A stretch of 14,684 nt of DNA from a bacterium (GTDB taxonomy: Bacteria; Hinthialibacterota; Hinthialibacteria; Hinthialibacterales; Hinthialibacteraceae): assembly GCA_963663405.2 (NCBI GenBank), contig CAXXSM010000058.1, forward strand, positions 1-14,684, in the 5' to 3' direction. A program made the translations under genes and the position numbers. Numbering within the stretch: position 1 is the first letter of the stretch; every line of letters starts with the position of its first letter. The notes beneath the pieces were generated by a model that was given only the letters and a program-made list of their open reading frames with translations, was not told the DNA's origin and did no database searches. This document shows positions 1-7,799 of the stretch, piece after piece.

Positions 1-2
1 AA

Positions 3-410
3 GAAGTTAAGCCCTATATACAAGCGGGAAGAGCATTCATGGTTATAGGATGTATAAACATCCTATTCTCAGCGCTGTTCTGTTTATTATTACTACATAA
101 TATATTTTATCCGTTACCAGATCCAGACGCGCCATATTATTTTGCGAACCTCCTATTTGTATTCTTAATAATATCTTTCATATCATTATCATTAGGCGCC
201 GCAATAAAAAAACACAAGAATTGGGCGCGGATAGCAGGCATTATCTTCGCTATTTTCCTATTGATATTAATTCCGATCGGAACATGGATAGGCGTTTACA
301 TTCTATCCTGGTTAATAAGCGGATGGAACAGTGAAGATGATGAAATAGAACAAATCTCTCCATACACGCGCCGAAACCACTCTTTTCCACAATTCAAAGA
401 CCAAGTATAA
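3..410 (+). CDS. Small integral membrane protein of unknown function (about 3-4 hydrophobic segments), probably 5'-truncated by the window edge
   Basis: The ORF-track start is ATG 39, but the frame is open back to position 3 (EVKPYIQAGRAF-M), so the real start may lie upstream of the window. It has hydrophobic stretches and the pattern KHKNWARIAGIIFAIFLLILIPIGTWIGVYIL, which is typical of small membrane proteins. Stop TAA at 408-410. Visibly AT-rich with many ATA codons. Confidence 0.65.
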   Translation, partial: EVKPYIQAGRAFMVIGCINILFSALFCLLLLHNIFYPLPDPDAPYYFANLLFVFLIISFISLSLGAAIKKHKNWARIAGIIFAIFLLILIPIGTWIGVYILSWLISGWNSEDDEIEQISPYTRRNHSFPQFKDQV

Positions 411-444
411 AACCTTCAGTCTTCAATCTTCTACCTATCCACCT

Positions 445-480
445 AAAAAAAGACCGCCCACAATAAGCGAGCGGTCTCTT
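445..480 (-). terminator. Rho-independent terminator of the groES-groEL operon
   Basis: The minus strand reads AGACCGCTCGC-TTATT-GTGGGCGGTCT-TTTTTT: an 11-bp stem with two G-U pairs, a 5-nt loop and a U-tract, about 36 nt downstream of the groEL stop. Confidence 0.9.
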
Positions 481-515
481 GGTTTGTTGCAATCTGTAAT
501 CGATAAGCCGATTTC

Positions 516-2174
<1,659 letters not shown>

Positions 2175-2194
2175 TTATAGATTTTTACTTATTG

Positions 2195-2482
2195 TTATTC
2201 AATCACGCCGAGGATATCATCTTCACGCAGGATGACGTGTTCGACTCCATCGATCTTCACATCCGTGCCGCCGTACTTGCTGACAAGCACAATATCACCT
2301 TTTTTAACATCCAGAGGGATCGGGTTTCCGTCTTCTCCCCGTCTTCCTGGACCGACGGCGATAACCTTGGCTTCCTGCGGCTTTTCTTTAGCCGTATCCG
2401 GAATGATAATCCCCCCTTGCTTTTCTTCCTTTTCCTCCAAGCGTTTTACCAGAACTCTATCCGAGAGCGGTCTTACAGCCAT
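2195..2482 (-). CDS. groES: Co-chaperonin GroES (Cpn10), 95 aa
   Basis: Motifs RPLSDRVLV, mobile loop [26 protein letters not shown] and [19 protein letters not shown] at 2491-2497. Lies directly upstream of groEL. Confidence 0.99.
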   Translation of the reverse strand: MAVRPLSDRVLVKRLEEKEEKQGGIIIPDTAKEKPQEAKVIAVGPGRRGEDGNPIPLDVKKGDIVLVSKYGGTDVKIDGVEHVILREDDILGVIE

Positions 2483-2553
2483 GACAGTAACTCCTTTCTA
2501 AAATTCAAACCGAAATAATGATTGTTTACACAAGTCTAACTCATTCATTTTAT

Positions 2554-2570
2554 AGCAATGTCGGCGCCAA
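2554..2570 (-). promoter_or_regulatory. sigma54 (RpoN) -24/-12 promoter of groES-groEL
   Basis: The minus strand reads TTGGCGC-CGACA-TTGCT, against the consensus YTGGCAC-N5-TTGCW. The GG-N10-GC spacing is exact. The predicted start site is near 2543, about 60 nt before the groES ATG. Confidence 0.75.
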
Positions 2571-2608
2571 TGCGGACTCACAATCCACCCACGTAGATCC
2601 ATCAAACG

Positions 2609-2621
2609 TAAGCCATTCATA
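2609..2621 (-). promoter_or_regulatory. Possible IHF-binding site between the putative enhancer and the sigma54 promoter
   Basis: Minus-strand TATGAATGGCTTA matches WATCAANNNNTTR with one mismatch. It sits in an AT-rich tract at the position expected for an IHF bend. Confidence 0.3.
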
Positions 2622-2690
2622 CTTATAGACTTAAATACCACTATTAAAGTAACTCTCTATATCAAGATCTCTAGAAGGCCCATTTCTTGG

Positions 2691-2766
2691 CTCAGTTTGG
2701 CCGATTCAATGCGCCAAAATGACCGCCTCTTAAAAGGCGCCTTTGACAGGACTGCGCCATGTTGAC
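2691..2766. promoter_or_regulatory. Candidate upstream activator sequences (enhancer) for a sigma54-dependent activator
   Basis: TGCGCCA-nnn-TGAC occurs twice (2710-2723 and 2753-2766, 43 bp apart). An inverted 9/11 copy CTCAGTTTGGC lies at 2691-2701 and a weaker copy GCGCCTTTGAC at 2737-2747. All are 120-200 bp upstream of the -24 box. Confidence 0.5.
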
Positions 2767-2897
2767 AATACCATATATTTTCCGGCTTAACACCTATCTT
2801 GATAATAGTATCGATGTGAACAGTATGTGCGATCAAATCCCCGGTCAGCTGGGCCATATCGAAGAACTCTTTCTCGATCTCAATGTGGGCAATTGTA

Positions 2898-3209
2898 TTA
2901 AAATCGAAAAAAATCAAAAACAGCCGCTGGTTCCTGAACCGTAATTTGCCCATCAACAAGACTTAGGGGTAGTTCCCCATCATTTAAGCGTGTAATCCCT
3001 TCTTCAAAGGCGAGCGGATAAATTCCTGGCGCAGCGTTTGATTTGACTTTTAATATGAATTGGAATAGCGCGCCGGAACTGTTGGATAGAAGTGGTTGTG
3101 ATTCCGTTGCGCCTGCAGCGATGAGATATCCATTCGTTTCGGTAAGATCGTCCACTGCTGGAGCGGTCCAGGTTTCGGTGAGCGTTTCCTCGTTTGTCAA
3201 ACTGTCTTT
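2898..3209 (-). pseudogene. C-terminal part of the tri-cohesin-like protein, out of frame with 3004..4467 (not an independent gene)
   Basis: The translation (KDSLTNEETLTETW...GALFQFILKVKSNAAPGIYPLAFEEGITRLNDGELPLSLVDGQITV...AAVFDFFRF) aligns with the second half of repeats 1 and 2 of the upstream ORF. There is no SD before TTG 3200, and an in-frame TAA immediately precedes the fragment. Confidence 0.85.
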
Positions 3210-4467
3210 TTACATAGACGAATGGATACTCCGGTTCGTTGGAGGGAATTGTGGTCCCGATTCGATAGGCGATTAGATTCTGGGCGTTATCAATGATGAC
3301 AGGGATGGAGATTTCCTCTCCTGGAATAGCGGCGATAATCTTGGGCAATGTGAGTTTTCTCTGATTCGGCGCGGAAGTGGGCGATGGAGTCGGCGTCGCG
3401 GCGGCGCCTTGGATGACGATTGATTCATCCATGTATGTAAGGGGTATGGCGCCGTTATTCAATTGAGTTACCGTCCTGTCAAAAGCCAGTATGTAAATTC
3501 CCGGTACCGCGCTCGATTTTACTTGGATTCTAAATTGAACCAGCGTTCCGGCTCCTTTGGGTAATGCGGGATCATCCGTGGCGGCGCCTCCAATGAGAAC
3601 ATAATGGCGGGTAGTGGAATAATCGGACTCGATAGGCTCCCCCCACGCTTCCGTTTCTATCCCCATACTCGACGCGCCCCCTAAAACATATGTAAATGGA
3701 TACGCTGGTTCGAGCGGCTCCATTGCCAATCCGATCCGGTACGATTCGACATCGATCATATTATCCACCGTGACAGACACAACAAATTCCGCGCCGGGAT
3801 TGACAGTCTGGGGCGCTTCCAATGTTAATCGCCTTTGGTTGGGATACCACGCGGATGTGGGCGTGGGCGTGGGAATGATCGTTGGCGTAAATGTATGAAT
3901 GGGCGCCGGTGTCGGGCTGGGTATGGGCGTAGATGTTGGCGCAGGAGTGGGGGTATAGTCTGGACCTTTCACTGTGATTTGACCATGCGCCATGGAAATG
4001 GGAATCGCGCCGTCATTGATCCTGGTAATCGATTCTGCAAAAGCGAGTCTATAAGTTCCCGGCGCCGCATTCGAATTGACCTGAATATGGAACTGCACCA
4101 ACGCGCCGGATGTGGGAGACAATGGGGGATTGACGCCCGCGATATTCGTCACAACCACGAAACCTCTGGTAATGGAGAGATCGTTTTGGATGAGGGGCGG
4201 CCAGGCGGCGGTCAGTGTATCCTCATCCGTCATGCTTTCCTGTACAAATGTGAATGGATAATGTAGATCAGTCCCCGGAAACGCAATCCCGATTCTATAC
4301 GCGACAACATCCGACGCGTTGTCAATGTAGATGGATATTTTGACTTCATCCCCCGGCGAAACCGTGAGATCACTAGACAGCGCGAGTTCTCTTTGATTCT
4401 CCACCGCGTAGGTTTGACAATAGGATAGAAATGTAAAGAGAAGGAGAAAACAGACCTTCGCCAACAT
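3004..4467 (-). CDS. Secreted protein with three tandem cohesin-like beta-sandwich repeats and Pro/Thr linkers; frameshifted in repeat 3, the intact gene would run 4467..2898 (522 aa)
   Basis: N-terminal signal peptide (MLAK, hydrophobic core, TYA|VE). Three repeats of about 145 aa start with NQR at 4398, 3840 and 3366 and share PG.E, IDN/VDN, YRIG, YPF, G.L.QF...V.S.A.PG.Y.LAF and N.G.IP. The PT-rich linkers lie at about 3963-3841 and 3405-3367. The last 67 aa of the ORF as given are out-of-frame sequence. The cohesin assignment is by motif recognition, not HMM. Confidence 0.75.
   Translation of the reverse strand: MLAKVCFLLLFTFLSYCQTYAVENQRELALSSDLTVSPGDEVKISIYIDNASDVVAYRIGIAFPGTDLHYPFTFVQESMTDEDTLTAAWPPLIQNDLSITRGFVVVTNIAGVNPPLSPTSGALVQFHIQVNSNAAPGTYRLAFAESITRINDGAIPISMAHGQITVKGPDYTPTPAPTSTPIPSPTPAPIHTFTPTIIPTPTPTSAWYPNQRRLTLEAPQTVNPGAEFVVSVTVDNMIDVESYRIGLAMEPLEPAYPFTYVLGGASSMGIETEAWGEPIESDYSTTRHYVLIGGAATDDPALPKGAGTLVQFRIQVKSSAVPGIYILAFDRTVTQLNNGAIPLTYMDESIVIQGAAATPTPSPTSAPNQRKLTLPKIIAAIPGEEISIPVIIDNAQNLIAYRIGTTIPSNEPEYPFVYVKRQFDKRGNAHRNLDRSSSGRSYRNEWISHRCRRNGITTTSIQQFRRAIPIHIKSQIKRCARNLSARL
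3841..3963 (-). repeat. Low-complexity Pro/Thr linker-coding repeat (TPTP)
   Basis: Encodes PDYTPTPAPTSTPIPSPTPAPIHTFTPTIIPTPTPTSAWYP and includes a short GTGGGC tandem on the + strand at about 3857-3873. Confidence 0.7.
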
Positions 4468-4601
4468 GATGTGAAATTCCCTTCCAGATCGGCCGCGTCC
4501 TCAAACACCCTTATTCATTACCGAATCAACCGGTATGTTCATTGGTAGATATAATCTTTATTAGTATCGGCGGTTCGAACGGTTTGTTTACTTCCATTTC
4601 T

Positions 4602-7600
4602 TCAGGATCGAAAACGATTTTCACAAATTTGTTTATGGTTATAGGGGCACCCGGCGCATTCTTTCTTTGATGGAGCGGCGGTGAAATCATTATCAAGAAT
4701 CCGTTTGACCAGCGCATGGGCATTCTGCTCGCAGGCGTCCAATTCTTCTTCCGAAAAGGAATGAACAACCTTCCCGCGCAGGTAGGCGATATGGGCTTTC
4801 CGCATCCGCTGAGACGCCGCGTAGATCCACAATTGGAGAAGATGACGGGCCGGTTCGATCACCTCATCCGTTTTATAATCAAGGACAAAATCCGGTCCTA
4901 GTAAATCGATTTTTCCAATGAATGTAATCGAATTGACTTTCAGTGTGATATCCACCTCACGCTTGAATGAAGGATCGCGGAACGGCTCGAAGGCTGGATC
5001 ATCCCGGAAATTCTTCGCCCATTCCTGTGCGCGTTTCACTTCATCTTTTTGAATAGTAGGCGAAAGATTTATAAGCTCATCCAAATCATATATATCATTT
5101 TCTAGAGCTAAATGAGTAAGAGTTCCAAGTTCACGTGCGTGTGAAGTCTTCTCTCCAAATCCCGGATGTTCAAGGATGTGCTCATAATGAAACCGTTTCG
5201 GGCAATGCGCGTATTCGGACAGCGCCGACGCGGGTAATTCAAACAGCCCGGATCCAACTGGGCCCAGTAGAAGTTCACCCGAACGGCGCATAGGTATCAC
5301 ATCTGGCCTTTTGGGAGGAAGCGCGTCACGATGCTCGCACGGCATCGATTCAATGGAGATTTTCGCCGCCTCCAAACCGGGACGTAAATAATATAAATAA
5401 TCTTCTCCTCCCTTCTGGTTTGAAGCGGCCGCTGTAAGGATAAGGCGATCGCGTGCGCGGGTCAACGCGACGTATAACAGGCGTTGGATTTCCTCCTTCT
5501 CCCGGCGTTTCTGCGCGCGTTCGAGGATGATGTAGAGTACGGATTTTTGTTTCTCTCCATGCTCATCACGAACGGGAATGGCGGCGCCGAGCATGGGATC
5601 AAAGTAGACCGGTTTTTGATCGGATTTAATCTTTCGCATTAAATCGGGAACGATCACAACAGGCCATTCCAACCCTTTCGCCGCGTGTATGGTCATTAAT
5701 GAAACCGCGTTCTCCGCCTCCAATGGGGGGCGGGGGATTTCAACATCCGCTCCTTCAATGCGTTTCAACCGGCGGACAAGGGTAAACGTATCTCTTCCAT
5801 TTTGTTCCAAATCGCGAAGAAGTTCAAAAAAACCGCGCCAATCCGCCAACCGCCGTTCCGCGCCGGGAAGGTTGGCGATCACGGCGGAATATCCTGTCAA
5901 CCGGTCAGCCTGTTGGAGAAGGCGGCTGGGGGGCACAATCATACTATCACTGAGTAATTTCGATAAAACATCTTTTGGCCTGACAAGGTTTACATTATCC
6001 GATCGTTTCAACAATTCCCACCATGAAGCATAATCCCTTCGCGCGTTCGCCAATGAGAAAAGAATCCGATCGCTGATTGCGAACCAGGGAGCGCGGAGCA
6101 CGGCGATCAAGGCGGTGTCGTCTCGTTCATCGGCGAGAAAACGCAGCATGGCCCACGCGTCCTTCGCCTCGCGGGTATCCAACAAATGCCCCCCGCCGAT
6201 ATGCAGGGCGGGAATCTTATACGCCTCCAGCGTCTCTCCATAGATGTCAAGCGGCGCCCAGGTCCGTGAAAGTATCGCGATATCTCCAGGGCGCATGGGC
6301 CGGAGAGAGCCGGTCCCTTTATCAAACACCGGTGTTTTGGAATCCAACAGAGTACGCAGCGTCCGGGCGATATGATTCGCTTCCGCCTGTTGATTTTCGG
6401 ATTTCTTATCGAACGAGTCTACAATAAAAGCTTGGATGTGCGGGGCGGGATGGGGCGGCTCTTTCCGGGCCGCGGTTAAATCCTGTTTATCCTCACCAAG
6501 AAGCGGTGCGAAAATCGAATTTACTTGATGAACGAGATTTTCGTGGGTGCGGAAACTGACATTCAGATCAATCTTCGCGCCGCCCTGGTCATGGATCTCA
6601 TTCGCGAATTGTTGAAATATTTCGCGGTCAGCCCGGCGGAAACCATAGATCGATTGTTTCCCATCTCCCACAATCGTTAAAATTGAACCGCCCGAGACTT
6701 GCCGGAGAATTTCGGCTTGATCGGGATTTGTGTCTTGAAATTCATCAACAAGAAACGCTTTCCAGCGTTGGTGATAGTACTCGCGCACTTCAGGATACTC
6801 CAACGCTTTCAGCGCGTGTGTCTCCAAATCCGAAAAATCCAATATGCGGATGCGCTTTTTCTCCTGCGCGAATTCCTCCCGCGTTTGCTGAAACGCGGCG
6901 CGCAGATGGGGCAACATTGAAGTGAGACGTTCATCAACCGGACCCATCGCAAGATCGAGCAATCCTTCTTTGCGTATCTTCTCAATCCAATCACGCACAG
7001 ATTCAAGAATTTTCTTAATTGCATTGAAATCCCCATTGGCCCAGTTTTTTGCGCTTCCACCTTTAAGATTAATGGCGGCTAGCTTATTGAGAGATCCTTC
7101 TATCTTTTCCCCTCTTTCCAGAAACTCCATTGCATGAATGACGTCTTGTCGCATTTGTTCTCTTTTATCGCTTGAACCGCCGGAAATCGATTTCAAAGCT
7201 GAATAAAATCCCCCCCATTGAGGATCAGCGACTAAATCCCACGCCGCTTCTTGCCGGGCGGTTTCAACCAAGCGGGGCCAGTCTTCATTCCCACACGACA
7301 ACGCCCGTTCCGCGGCGATCGGATCATTGAGAAGCGCTGGAAGGGCGGCTTTTAAGATTGAAAAAGGAATCTGTTCAAAGATCGAAGCGGGGAGACGGTC
7401 AAGCGCCGCGCCGAACCGGTCAATCGACCAGATCGCGCTTTCAACTTCATCCTGGATTGTAAAATCAGGGGGAACTTCGGCGGCTTCAAAATGTTCGCGG
7501 CAGATCCTCGCGGCCAGAGCGTGGATCGTGCTGATCTGGGCCGCCTGTAATTTTGACAGCGTATCCGTCGCTTTAGGCAGCCGCTCTTTTACGATCCGCC

Positions 7601-7799
7601 GGATACGTGAGCGCAGTTCATTCGCGGCTTTTTCCGTAAACGTGACAGCGACGATTTGCAGAGGAGAAAAACCATGATGGGTAAGGTGATAGAGATACCG
7701 TTCGGAAAGCATCTGGGTTTTCCCCGTCCCGGCGCCCGCGAGAACCGCCGCGCTTCCCTTCGCTTCAACCGCCGCCCGCTGTTCAGGAGTCAATTTCAT
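4602..7799 (-). CDS. addA: AddA-like ATP-dependent helicase/nuclease subunit A (UvrD/SF1A helicase plus C-terminal RecB-type PD-(D/E)XK nuclease), 1065 aa
   Basis: Helicase motifs: Q motif LTPEQ, Walker A AGAGTGKT, Ia VAVTFTEKAANEL, STIHA, Walker B LVDEFQD, III VGDGKQSIYGFR, V MTIHAAKGLEW, VI RLLYVALTRAR. Nuclease motifs: GKID...DYKT...QLWIY. It overlaps the upstream partner by ATGA (7796-7799), with SD GGAG at 7807-7810. Confidence 0.9.
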   Translation of the reverse strand: MKLTPEQRAAVEAKGSAAVLAGAGTGKTQMLSERYLYHLTHHGFSPLQIVAVTFTEKAANELRSRIRRIVKERLPKATDTLSKLQAAQISTIHALAARICREHFEAAEVPPDFTIQDEVESAIWSIDRFGAALDRLPASIFEQIPFSILKAALPALLNDPIAAERALSCGNEDWPRLVETARQEAAWDLVADPQWGGFYSALKSISGGSSDKREQMRQDVIHAMEFLERGEKIEGSLNKLAAINLKGGSAKNWANGDFNAIKKILESVRDWIEKIRKEGLLDLAMGPVDERLTSMLPHLRAAFQQTREEFAQEKKRIRILDFSDLETHALKALEYPEVREYYHQRWKAFLVDEFQDTNPDQAEILRQVSGGSILTIVGDGKQSIYGFRRADREIFQQFANEIHDQGGAKIDLNVSFRTHENLVHQVNSIFAPLLGEDKQDLTAARKEPPHPAPHIQAFIVDSFDKKSENQQAEANHIARTLRTLLDSKTPVFDKGTGSLRPMRPGDIAILSRTWAPLDIYGETLEAYKIPALHIGGGHLLDTREAKDAWAMLRFLADERDDTALIAVLRAPWFAISDRILFSLANARRDYASWWELLKRSDNVNLVRPKDVLSKLLSDSMIVPPSRLLQQADRLTGYSAVIANLPGAERRLADWRGFFELLRDLEQNGRDTFTLVRRLKRIEGADVEIPRPPLEAENAVSLMTIHAAKGLEWPVVIVPDLMRKIKSDQKPVYFDPMLGAAIPVRDEHGEKQKSVLYIILERAQKRREKEEIQRLLYVALTRARDRLILTAAASNQKGGEDYLYYLRPGLEAAKISIESMPCEHRDALPPKRPDVIPMRRSGELLLGPVGSGLFELPASALSEYAHCPKRFHYEHILEHPGFGEKTSHARELGTLTHLALENDIYDLDELINLSPTIQKDEVKRAQEWAKNFRDDPAFEPFRDPSFKREVDITLKVNSITFIGKIDLLGPDFVLDYKTDEVIEPARHLLQLWIYAASQRMRKAHIAYLRGKVVHSFSEEELDACEQNAHALVKRILDNDFTAAPSKKECAGCPYNHKQICENRFRS

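Noticed and set aside
2483-2900. CIRCE/HrcA operator or sigma32 promoter for groESL
   Set aside because: I found no TTAGCACTC-N9-GAGTGCTAA and no convincing CTTGAA-N13/14-CCCCAT by eye on the relevant strand.
2657-2959. ORFs 2657..2959 (-) and 2759..2944 (+)
   Set aside because: They have no SD or recognisable motif, and they overlap both the end of the cohesin-like gene and the putative enhancer region.
4230-4768. ORFs 4230..4508 and 4526..4768 (-)
   Set aside because: They are alternative frames overlapping real genes, with no coding signature.
5445-5452. GCGATCGC (cyanobacterial HIP1 octamer) within addA as evidence of cyanobacterial origin
   Set aside because: I noticed only one copy, which is compatible with chance in GC-rich DNA where CGATC is common.
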